Shown piece by piece: positions 49,601-58,017 of a DNA stretch of 64,000 nucleotides; the first letter of the stretch is position 1; each line of letters starts with the position of its first letter. The stretch spans positions 384,001 through 448,000 of the forward strand of contig CAVTUQ010000002.1 in NCBI GenBank assembly GCA_963737905.1. The letters run 5' to 3'. The notes under the pieces were generated by a model. It was not told the DNA's origin. It did no database searches and saw nothing but the letters and a program-made list of their open reading frames with translations. This stretch comes from an uncultured delta proteobacterium (lineage in GTDB: Bacteria > Desulfobacterota > Binatia > UBA9968). The position numbers and the translations under genes are program-made.

Positions 49601-49681
49601 CCCAAAATCCCGCATGAACAGAGCACATCGGACAACTTCGTGCGCCATCGGTATTATTTCCGTGGGAATGATTAAGCCCAT
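46664..49681 (-). CDS. Membrane sensor histidine kinase (Cache-HAMP-GAF-GAF-HisKA-HATPase)
   Basis: Two TM helices around a Cache domain, HAMP (ITKPI...GDEI..LADEFNKM), two GAF repeats, SHELRTPL, NLINNAIKFT, DTGIGI and GSGVGL. Start may be downstream of 49681. Confidence 0.92.
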   Translation of the reverse strand: MGLIIPTEIIPMAHEVVRCALFMRDFGKKVLVSLRGGGIRRRLMAWGLSLFGIALTTVVVAGYSYTVRQIRRDAAALQSELASVTAEGIRSFVRRKIERFSDNANALSLYPLGSKEQQLLLGLLVKNDSSFSDASIINSGGMEVVKVSDRKVYFPSDLTNQSKSPKFIKVLKGEDYISPVYTSARAQPYVTLAIPLWGHAQTIVGVVSAEADLSFLWEVIGKIRFATAGYAYLVDEHGNLIAHGDATLVLKRPDLRKVAGVQKFLRNPSRSDRTPAQEGRGLLDKPVLATYAPVPELGWAVILEEPIDAALANVEILKRYAAVLLVVGLAIGAVIIAWVSAKITKPIQELRQGAATIGAGNLDHRTSIKTGDEIENLADEFNKMTDALQNSYATLEQKVEQRTKEISALYGVTTAVNQSLALEAILDAVIAKTTEIFDFESTRVFLFDDEMEELQLRASYEVDSEHLTGIGVLKRGQGVIGRVAESGEPMIFEDVRTDPRYTALSATRATLNARLGFFGVFPIKTQARVFGVILFSARSPRKLTGDETRLLTSMSEHLAVAVEKASLFRQSETRSRQLSVLNTIGAAVSRSLNLEMVLNEAIGKMIENLNFDASWIYILDPSGEELILKAFKGLGEDIARSISKRSLSAGVTAKIFETGERLVFEDFQNDATYNHLSAQHKIGSLGFASAAGFPIKANEKVIGVLHLANKTRRHFAADELKLIESIAQEIGVAAENASLFEQVNQKTTELGQMNRELQEANQAKDEFLSVMSHELRTPLNVITGYAEVLSQGVLGEIQREQMHAVKTISYQSRELLRMINEILQVGSIEAGKVKAHCENVNMLDFLVEVKSGYEILSKKEISLNWNIPSRLPIVRTDGEKLKHVLQNLINNAIKFTENGSVTVSTNHSLTAIEFKVKDTGIGIPKDLIPSIFQMFRQLDSSSTRSYGGSGVGLYIVKKFVDLIDGKIEVESTLGKGSTFTVTLPLDVSETTRPNLTEDLAVKLAG

Positions 49682-49892
49682 GGGCGTTTTACCGGCTTGG
49701 AGGCGGAGCGGCTTCGGCTTACTTCCCTCATTAATTCGGATTCACTTCTTTCAACTTTATCTTATTCCTAACCGCTAACACGCTCCGAGCTATCGAAATA
49801 GCGAATAGCCCAATCCTTGGGTAAAACTATAATTCTTTCAACATAGAGCCCTTCTTCGGTATGAATGATACCACCGCAGGAACCCACTTACC

Positions 49893-49907
49893 GCAGGAAT
49901 GATGCCA
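49893..49907 (-). promoter_or_regulatory. Putative sigma54 (-24/-12) promoter of the histidine kinase
   Basis: Minus strand TGGCATCATTCCTGC has GG-N10-GC spacing. Confidence 0.45.
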
Positions 49908-50217
49908 CGCTATTCAGGGGGATTTAGGCCCGTCAACTAGCCTTTTTTCCAAAGGATTATCTGTTACGAGTAGGAAGGCCCCGGGCACTGCTGATGCCAA
50001 AAGTGTTAATTAATACCCAAAAAGAACAGATTTGTCGCTCGCAGGGACGGCCGGGTGTCGAGAGATCACCGTTATTGTTGGCAGTTCCTCAAAGCGTAAA
50101 CCAGTTAATTACGACTTTGGCTTAATACAAAGCTGAAACAGAGTGTTGGAGGTTTAAATGTAACATTCATCAATCAGCCACGCTAAAGGCGTCAAAAGAT
50201 GGCGGCAGTGATAAGAA

Positions 50218-51225
50218 CTAGTCCTTAATCACCTTATCCGCTTGAACCAGCACAGTGCTGCGGTATCACAAGGCCAAGTTGCTTGCGCCGTCTTAAGGTT
50301 GATGAAAATCTCGAATTTTGCAGCGCAGCTTCACTGGCAGATCACCAGGTTTAGCTCCCTTCAGGATCTCAGCAACGTACTCGGCGGCTCGCCTGTATAG
50401 ATCGGCTAAGTTCGCTCCGTAGGATATCAGCGCGCCAGCCGTTCACATATTGATCCTCTTCGGTCATCGACGGTAAGCGCTGTTTCGTCGCAAGGTCGAA
50501 AATTGTTTTGCATGTGCTGGGACATACTAGGGCTTCGCCAACGACAATGAGTGCTTCCGTGACGGGCCGATTTTCGCCGCCTTGAAATGCTGCCGCGAAA
50601 TCTGGGTTAGTGCCCCGTACTTCAAGAGATCGAAGATCAAGTTTAAAAGCCTGCGCCGCCGCCGTCGTATTCTTTAAACGCGACCTCTGGTCCTGGACCA
50701 TCCGCGTCCCAGAGAATACCGACTCGCGTCATTTTGGGCAGTAGCTCTCTTAGTAGCTCTACGCGTTTCGCGCTTATATCGCGAAGCGAGCCAGGCAAGC
50801 CCGGTTATATTCCCGCCGGGATGTGCGAAGCTTTCCACATATCCGGCTGCGACAGGATCGACCGAGCTTATCATTACAATGGGGATCGTTTTTGTCGCTT
50901 CTTTTGCAGCTCGGATTACGACATTACTAGTTCCGAGAATAACATCGACTTTCTGCTGAACGAACTCTTGCACAAACGGAGACATTCGATCCAACCTGCC
51001 CTCTGCATAGCGACGTTCGATCAGGATATTTTTTCCATCCACGTAACCGAGATCTCGCAATCCTTGCCGGAAGCCCTCCAACAATGGCGAAGGAGTTTCA
51101 GCGGTTCCCGAAGACAATATGAGCCCTACCCTAGGTATGGCGTTAATTGTTTGCTGAGCCTCGGCTAAACAAAAAAACGAAAGAATAAAAGTATTTACAA
51201 TCGCAACGGCGACTTTTTCTTTCAT
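50218..51225 (-). pseudogene. ABC_sub_bind-type substrate-binding protein with multiple frameshifts
   Basis: FRQGLRDLGYVDGKNI and DPVAAGYVESFAHPGGNITG, then in successive frames [44 protein letters not shown] and QADKVIK*. Confidence 0.8.
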
Positions 51226-51627
51226 AGCCTTATTCCTCCGTAACATCGAAGTGAGCCGGTTGAGGTTAGATCACTGGATGTCACCTGATATTTCTAAAAG
51301 TGCAAAAAGGGAGCTAAGTATAACATGCTGCCGGAGATTGGTGGTAGCGGCTTTTTGGACCCGCCCCGGCTGATAGAACCGTTTTGTCGTTCTTTGCTGT
51401 TTTAATAATAAGCTAGGCGAAGGAAGAAAAAACTTGAACGCTAGCAGGTTTATCGAGCCAACAAATTGAGGATGTTATAGCGCCAATCATTCAGCACGGG
51501 ACTGTGGCACGTCCGACTGTGAAGCCAATTTGTGCGTTAGAATAGGACAAAGCGATGCGATACCCGGAACTTAAATAATTACACCCCCGTTGGGGGTTCT
51601 TCAATGAAGGCCTTTGGCCCTTGACTC

Positions 51628-52335
51628 TTAATGAAAAGCTTGCTCAAAGACGTAGCCGAATCTCTCAATCAACTGGCGGTCGCGAACTGAAACTAGCTCT
51701 GAGAGTTCCGGCGTATAATAGGTCGAGTAGTGAAGGTGTTCAGCGGCGTTCACCTTATCCGAACGGAGCACGTAATCCCGCAATTCACCGGTCGCTACTC
51801 CGATTCCCTCGAAGAAGGCGACCATATCCCGCCTCAGAGTTTCAAGTCGGCAGAAAAACACGTCGTCCGCGTTTCCGAACATCTGATTGAAGCGGAGGGT
51901 ATAGTAGCCGACTCCGGTGCCGCGAAATCTACGCATTGCGCTCTCTGGTAAGGTTGGAACGTTTCTCTTGCTGTAGTCAAGACGCTCGGGCAGCATCTCG
52001 ATCAAAACATCGAGTCGCTCGTCGTTGACACCGAGATTCAGGAGGTTGCGAGTGCTCCCTTTAAATCCGAGCTTTCCGTTATCGCTCATCCAGGAGACCA
52101 ATACGCTTGAGGCATCTTTCGGCCACACGTAATGATACAATGAAACGTAGAATTCCCAAGGGTTCCGAACTGTACCAAGAACAGGGAGGTGGGAGTACTC
52201 TCTGGGCAGGAACTCCAGCGACAAATGATGGCCGATTTCGTGAGCTGATGGAAAGAATTTCCTGATAACCTCGGTAACAAATGTGCCGCCTGACCGTGGC
52301 AGATGCACAAATACGAACTTATCGGTAACTATCAT
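51628..52335 (-). CDS. PAPS-dependent sulfotransferase (Sulfotransfer_2-like)
   Basis: 5'-PSB-like FVHLPRSGGT, 3'-PB-like VRNPWEFYVSLY, RLETLRRD and C-terminal YSTYY...D...FGY. Confidence 0.8.
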   Translation of the reverse strand: MIVTDKFVFVHLPRSGGTFVTEVIRKFFPSAHEIGHHLSLEFLPREYSHLPVLGTVRNPWEFYVSLYHYVWPKDASSVLVSWMSDNGKLGFKGSTRNLLNLGVNDERLDVLIEMLPERLDYSKRNVPTLPESAMRRFRGTGVGYYTLRFNQMFGNADDVFFCRLETLRRDMVAFFEGIGVATGELRDYVLRSDKVNAAEHLHYSTYYTPELSELVSVRDRQLIERFGYVFEQAFH

Positions 52336-52394
52336 CGCCAGTCCCTTTTTTTTGATCTAGAGACATTGCGGTTGTTTCAACTTGTCGAGATCGC

Positions 52395-53234
52395 TTAGTT
52401 GTCCTCCTGGAGAGTTTGAGGTACACGTCGCTTTCTCCGCGATGTTGTTCTGTCTGCAGAATTTGTCCGCACGCCACGACGAAGAATGCTCGGCGCGTTA
52501 TCTCCAATTTCAGGCTCATAGGGAGGAAGCTTTATTACAGAGTACGGTATCTGTTGTCTCTTTGCCGCATCTAGTATTAATTTTTGTTGTATTTCCAACC
52601 TATCGCAAAAGCTATGATTCTCCATTATCTGTTGTTGAAACTTCTGCCACGCGCCAGACCTCTCTGGATGCAAGCTTCTCTTCTCAATTTCATTATCGTC
52701 TAAGTGCAAGATAAAGACATGAACAGGCAACATTCTCAGGACTTTGATGATCTCATCGTATTCCCTTCCAAGTTTTTGTTGTTGAATGATTGTCCACGCG
52801 TACGTTGACAAATGGAATCTGTTCAAAAGAAAAACAGCGTTCTCGTCTCGACTGACGATGTTTCTTACATAGTTCACGAAATGCTTCATGAACTTAACTC
52901 GTAATTTCACAATGCCTTCAATCTGAAACTGCTTCCATGAATGCAATACCTCGCCCTCGGAATAGTCATACACATCTCGGTCCTTGAGCTGCTTTTTTAA
53001 ATACGTCTGAAACGTGTCTTTACCAGACCCTGAGATTCCTTCGATAATGAGAACGCGAGAATCTAACAAAATTCTCTCTAGGAGGTAGGAATCTTTCTCC
53101 TGCGGCCGTCGGAGCTTGATGCCGTGTTGCTCAATCACTTTCCGCAGCACGGGCTGCTCTGACCGGGCATCCAGTCCGTCTCTGTTGTCGGCGCTTGCAA
53201 GATGATTCCACACGTAGACAGGAACAATTTTCAT
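52395..53234 (-). CDS. P-loop kinase, thymidylate/NMP-kinase-like fold
   Basis: IIEGISGSGKDT Walker A, LLNRF at the position of the dTMP-kinase DR motif, and FILHLD..EIEKR lid. Confidence 0.7.
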   Translation of the reverse strand: MKIVPVYVWNHLASADNRDGLDARSEQPVLRKVIEQHGIKLRRPQEKDSYLLERILLDSRVLIIEGISGSGKDTFQTYLKKQLKDRDVYDYSEGEVLHSWKQFQIEGIVKLRVKFMKHFVNYVRNIVSRDENAVFLLNRFHLSTYAWTIIQQQKLGREYDEIIKVLRMLPVHVFILHLDDNEIEKRSLHPERSGAWQKFQQQIMENHSFCDRLEIQQKLILDAAKRQQIPYSVIKLPPYEPEIGDNAPSILRRGVRTNSADRTTSRRKRRVPQTLQEDN

Positions 53235-53428
53235 AGGTCTTCCTAGTAGCTCACTTAAACGGCGACTCGCACAGTAAAATACGAATCATACGTCAAACGC
53301 CGTGTTCGCAGTTTCGAAAGAATCCGCCTTAATTCTCGTAGATTTTCAACACGTCCTCATTAAAGAGCAGAAGCCCACAAGTCGAACCTATTTTGATCAA
53401 CTATGGCTTCTAACTCATATTGCGGGGT

Positions 53429-53458
53429 TTAATACCTTATTTTAGCTTTCATTGTCAA
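53429..53458 (-). promoter_or_regulatory. Putative sigma70 promoter for the kinase-sulfotransferase pair
   Basis: TTGACA-18 nt-TATTAA on the minus strand. Confidence 0.4.
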
Positions 53459-53594
53459 ATGGTTGCAAAATTAGGCAGACTTTGCGCAAATGACGCTTTC
53501 CTGCGTTTCAACTGGTAGAGGGTTGGGAATCATGGTGCATTGTGAGACGTGGGTGGGAAATTTCTTAATGTTCTTGTGAGTTTCAGGCTTACTC

Positions 53595-55422
53595 TTAATG
53601 TCGTAGCGCCTTTATGATCTGATCCACGCAGGTTTCAAGTGCTAGTCCCGTAGTTCGTAGGGGTATTTCCGCCGATTGCGGTGGCTCATACACGCTGTCA
53701 ATGCCGGTAAAGTTTTTTAGCTCGCCGCGTCTCGCTTTCGCATACAGTCCCTTCGCATCGCGCCGCTCACATTCCTCCAGCGGCGTATCGATGAAAACTT
53801 CGATGAATTCGCCTGGATCAAATAGATCACGCGCGAATTGACGCTCCGCTCGGTATGGGGAAATGAACGCCACGATCACAATAAGTCCCGCATCCACCAG
53901 GAGTTTTGCGACCTCGGCCACCCGGCGAATGTTTTCCACGCGGTCAGGCTCAGTAAATCCCAGATCTCGGTTGAGCCCGTGGCGAACGTTGTCGCCGTCG
54001 AGAATGTAGGTATGCTTGCCGTCCGCGTGTAAACGCTTTTCCAACAGGTTGGCAATCGTCGACTTGCCCGAACCCGAAAGCCCCGTGAACCACAGGCACC
54101 GCGCCCGCTGATGCTTGATTTCGGCGCGTACGGCTTTTGTGACCTCCAAAGCTTGCCAATGGACGTTTACAGATCGACGAAGCGCGAAATGGATGATGCC
54201 GGCACCGACCGTCTCGTTGGTGAGCTTGTCGATGACGATGAACCCTCCCAATTTCTTGTTCTCGGCATACGGCGCAAATGGCACGGACTTGTCGAAACTC
54301 ACGTTCACCGTTGCGATTTCGTTTAAGCCTAAGGTCTTGGTCGCCAGATGCGCGCCGGTATTGATATCAACGCGATGCTTGATGTGGGTGATGGTCACGC
54401 TTGCGGACTTGGTGTGGATCAGGGCAGCATAGGGACGGCCCAGGCAGCAAGGGGTGCTCGCTCATCCAGAAAAGATCCGCCTCGAACTGATCAGCGGACT
54501 CAACCGGATGTGAAGCGGCCGCAATGACGTCACCCCGGCTGGCGTCGACATCATCCTCAAGCACCAAAGTAACTGACTGCCCCGCACTCGCTTCAGCTTT
54601 GGAGCCATTCCAGAAGACAACTTCCTTAATGCGGCTCGTCACTCCTGACGGACTAATGCGCACACGGTCACCCGGCATGGCCAAACCGCTGGCAATTCGT
54701 CCGGAAAACCCGCGGAAATCGAGATTAGGTCGGTTGATCCACTGCACTGACATCGCAAATGGTTGGGCAGGCGTACTGTTTTCGGTCGGGACGGTTTCGA
54801 GCCACCGCAAAAGACTCGGCCCTTCATACCAAGACATTGCGGCATGAGCCGGTTCGACAATGTTGTGACCTTCGAGCGCCGACAACGGAATCGCTGCGAT
54901 CGCCTCGAAGCCCAGATCTTCGGCGAAACAACGATACGCAAGTGCGATTTCGTCAAAGACCCGCTGTGACCAATCCACGAGATCCATCTTGTTGACCGCC
55001 AATACGATGTGACGGATGCCAAGCATCGAGACGATGCGACTGTGGCGCTTGGTTTGGGTGAGCACTCCCTTACGGGCGTCGATTAGCAGCACGGCCGCCT
55101 GAGCGGTCGACGCGCCAGTCACCATGTTGCGGGTGTACTGCTCGTGGCCTGGGGTATCAGCCACGATAAAGCGCCGCTTGGGCGTGGCGAAGAAACGATA
55201 AGCAACGTCGATAGTGATGCCCTGCTCGCGCTCGGCCTGCAATCCGTCAACCATTAGCGCGAAATCGAGCCGCTCACCCTGGGTGCCAAATTTTCTGGAG
55301 TCTGCCTTCAGAGCTTCCAGTTGATCCTCGAAAATCAGTTTGGTGTCGTAGAGCAAGCGGCCGATCAACGTCGATTTGCCGTCGTCGACGCTGCCGCAAG
55401 TGATGAAGCGCAGGGTATCCAT
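53595..55422 (-). CDS. cysNC: Bifunctional sulfate adenylyltransferase subunit 1 / APS kinase CysNC (NodQ-like), 1-nt frameshift near 54440
   Basis: [26 protein letters not shown] and NKMD. After the shift: [29 protein letters not shown] and [10 protein letters not shown]. Total span is 3n+1. Confidence 0.92.
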
Positions 55423-56321
55423 TAAAAATACCCTTCCTGTTTCTTACGTTCCATGGAACCGGCGCCATCGTGGTCGATGATGCGCCCCTGCCGCTCTGAG
55501 GTCGTCGCCCCCAAGGTTTCGGCTACGATCTCATCGAGCGTCATAGCGGTGCTTTCAATTCCCGCGGTTAGCGGATAGCACCCTAAGGTACGGAACCGTA
55601 TCATGCGCATTTCCGGCGTTTCACCGGGCTCGAGCGGCAACCGATTATCATCGACCATGATCCACTGTCCGTAGCGCCTCACCACAGGACGCTTGGCGGC
55701 GAAGTACAACGGAACAATCGAGATGTCCTCTTGACGGATGTAGGCCCAGATGTCGGCTTCGGTCCAGTTGGAAAGCGGAAATACCCGTATGGTTTCGTTG
55801 GCGTTAATGCGGGTATTGTAAAGATTCCACAATTCCGGGCGTTGGGCTTTGGGCTCCCAGCGGTGACCGGCTGCACGAAACGAAAAGATTCGCTCTTTGG
55901 CCCGCGATTTTTCTTCGTCTCGCCGGGCACCGCCAAAGGCCACATCGAACCCGTGAAAATCGAGCGCTTGCTTGAGCGCTTCAGTCTTCATGACATCGGT
56001 ATAGTACGCCGACCCATGGGTGATGGGTCCGATACCCTCGGCAACGCCTCGTGGATTAGTGTGTGTGATCAGCTCAAAACCAATTTGCTTTGCCGTGCGG
56101 TCCCGGAACGAGATCATCTCGCGGAACTTCCATCCGGTATCGATGTGCATCAACGGAAACGGGATCGGGCCAGGGTAAAAAGCTTTTTGTGCAAGACGGA
56201 GCATCACCGAAGAGTCTTTGCCAATGGAATACAGCATCACCGGCTTGGTCGCTGTAGCCGCTACTTCCCGAATAATTTCGATCGATTCAGACTCTAGCTC
56301 TGAACAAACGCCGGCGTCCAT
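55422..56321 (-). CDS. cysD: Sulfate adenylyltransferase subunit 2 (NodP-like)
   Basis: [33 protein letters not shown] and [11 protein letters not shown]. Confidence 0.96.
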   Translation of the reverse strand: MDAGVCSELESESIEIIREVAATATKPVMLYSIGKDSSVMLRLAQKAFYPGPIPFPLMHIDTGWKFREMISFRDRTAKQIGFELITHTNPRGVAEGIGPITHGSAYYTDVMKTEALKQALDFHGFDVAFGGARRDEEKSRAKERIFSFRAAGHRWEPKAQRPELWNLYNTRINANETIRVFPLSNWTEADIWAYIRQEDISIVPLYFAAKRPVVRRYGQWIMVDDNRLPLEPGETPEMRMIRFRTLGCYPLTAGIESTAMTLDEIVAETLGATTSERQGRIIDHDGAGSMERKKQEGYF

Positions 56322-56480
56322 AACACAAATATCAAGTCCCCTCTATCGGAATTTCGATCGCTGTCAGGTTGGAATAGCTCAGCCACGGTAATTTGGATGT
56401 GGATCATGATACGAACTTTGCCGCAGTATTCTCCTCCTCGTAACTTGGTGTTAATCAATTCGTAACAACCAAAGTGACTT

Positions 56481-56510
56481 TAGATAGCAAAATTCTCATT
56501 CATTTGTCAA
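56481..56510 (-). promoter_or_regulatory. Putative sigma70 promoter of cysD
   Basis: TTGACA-18 nt-TATCTA with an extended TG on the minus strand. Confidence 0.45.
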
Positions 56511-56691
56511 ATAATACATATAGATCCATTAAATTGCTTAAACATGACAGCACTTTCTCCAGAATGATTTGGGATTTTGGTTAGCTTCGATGAGGATTGA
56601 TCGAACCTTCGGGGAGTTGGAACTCAGCGGCTGAAGACTACGCAGCGATTAATCGTAGATTTGTGGCGTGACAAAAGAAATTAAAGGTGAG

Positions 56692-57972
56692 CTAAAGCAA
56701 AATCGCCCGGATTGCGCCGATCCGTTCTGTCGGCGTGGGATGAGAATAGTGGTAGGCGGAGTACCACGGGTGTGGCGTTAGATTGGACAGATTCTTCACC
56801 GTTAGGTTAATCAGCGCCTCTTCCATAGGCCGACGGTTACGGAGCGTTTCCACCGCAAAACGGTCGGCCTCGTATTCGTGCTTACGCGAGAGCAGGTTGA
56901 TTAACGGGCCCAGATAGAAAGTAACCGGCCCGCCGAGCAAACTGAAAAGCACCAGCGCGGCGGCATTCGAAGGATTGTCCAGGCCAAAGGCCGCGAACAG
57001 AGGTTTGAAGTTCACCAGCAGACTTAAAATGTAGAGCCCAAGAAAAAGAAAAACTGTTTGAACCACCAGCATGCGGCGAATGTGTTTCATTTTATAGTGG
57101 CCCATCTCGTGTGCCAGCACCGCGAGTCCCTGATCGATGGTCATCTGAGCAATCAAGGTATCGAACAAAACGATTCGTTTCGCCTTTCCGATTCCGGTGA
57201 AGTAGGCGTTGGAGTGCGCCGAGCGTTTCGATCCGTCCATCGAAAAGATTCCGTTGGTTTTAAAGCCCACCTGCTCCGCCAGATGCAGTATTCGATTCCG
57301 TAACTCGCCTTCCGGCAGCAGCTCGAATTTGTTAAACAGCGGGGCGATCAGCGTAGGATAGACGATCACCATGAGCAGTTGGAATCCGGAGACAAAGAAA
57401 AACGTCCAGATCCACCAATAGGAGCCCGTTGCCTCCATCAGCCAGAGGACAACCCAAAGAAAGGGCAGTCCGATCAGGATGCCGAGCAAAAGTCCTTTAA
57501 GCCTATCCGTCAAATACAACTTCCAAGTTGTTTTGTTAAAGCCAAAGCGCGCTTCGAGCTTAAAGGTCGAATAAAGATCGGCGGGAAAACTCGCTATGGA
57601 GAAAACCAGAGCAACGCCAAAGCAGAAAATTAAGCCTCGAGCGTGGCTTGTAGAGAAGAACCCGCCGGCTAAATCTTTCGAGAGCCGATCCATGAACGGA
57701 AGCAATCCGCCAAAAAGAACAATCAGGGTGACCAGGCGACCGTATATCTCCGCCCAGCGCTGAAATTTTCCTTTGGCGAGGGTGTACGCAACCGACTTTT
57801 CGTACTCTGCCGCACTCATGTTGTGCTCGAAAAAATCAGGGATCTTCTTCTCTGCCCAGTGCGCGCGCACGGTGCGGAGATTCAATTCATTGAGACCAAA
57901 CTCGACGACAAATTCGAGGGCAAAGAGGACGAGGAATAGCCCGACGATCAGTTGTTCCATGGGAGCCGGCAC
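56692..57972 (-). CDS. M48 family Ste24-like zinc metalloprotease
   Basis: FGFNKTT, DGSKRSAHSNAYFTG, HEMGH, EYEAD and YSHP. Confidence 0.93.
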   Translation of the reverse strand: MPAPMEQLIVGLFLVLFALEFVVEFGLNELNLRTVRAHWAEKKIPDFFEHNMSAAEYEKSVAYTLAKGKFQRWAEIYGRLVTLIVLFGGLLPFMDRLSKDLAGGFFSTSHARGLIFCFGVALVFSIASFPADLYSTFKLEARFGFNKTTWKLYLTDRLKGLLLGILIGLPFLWVVLWLMEATGSYWWIWTFFFVSGFQLLMVIVYPTLIAPLFNKFELLPEGELRNRILHLAEQVGFKTNGIFSMDGSKRSAHSNAYFTGIGKAKRIVLFDTLIAQMTIDQGLAVLAHEMGHYKMKHIRRMLVVQTVFLFLGLYILSLLVNFKPLFAAFGLDNPSNAAALVLFSLLGGPVTFYLGPLINLLSRKHEYEADRFAVETLRNRRPMEEALINLTVKNLSNLTPHPWYSAYHYSHPTPTERIGAIRAILL

Positions 57973-58017
57973 CGAACGACCAGAGACCCTAACGAATGGA
58001 GGACAGGCAAGGATCTG

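Noticed and set aside
54367-54445. Programmed frameshift producing separate CysN and CysNC
   Set aside because: There is no slippery heptamer and the break falls inside CysN domain III. One extra G in a GGG run explains it.
46566-56690. Intact prophage or ICE at tRNA-Pro
   Set aside because: No integrase, phage or conjugation genes, and no attR repeat found.
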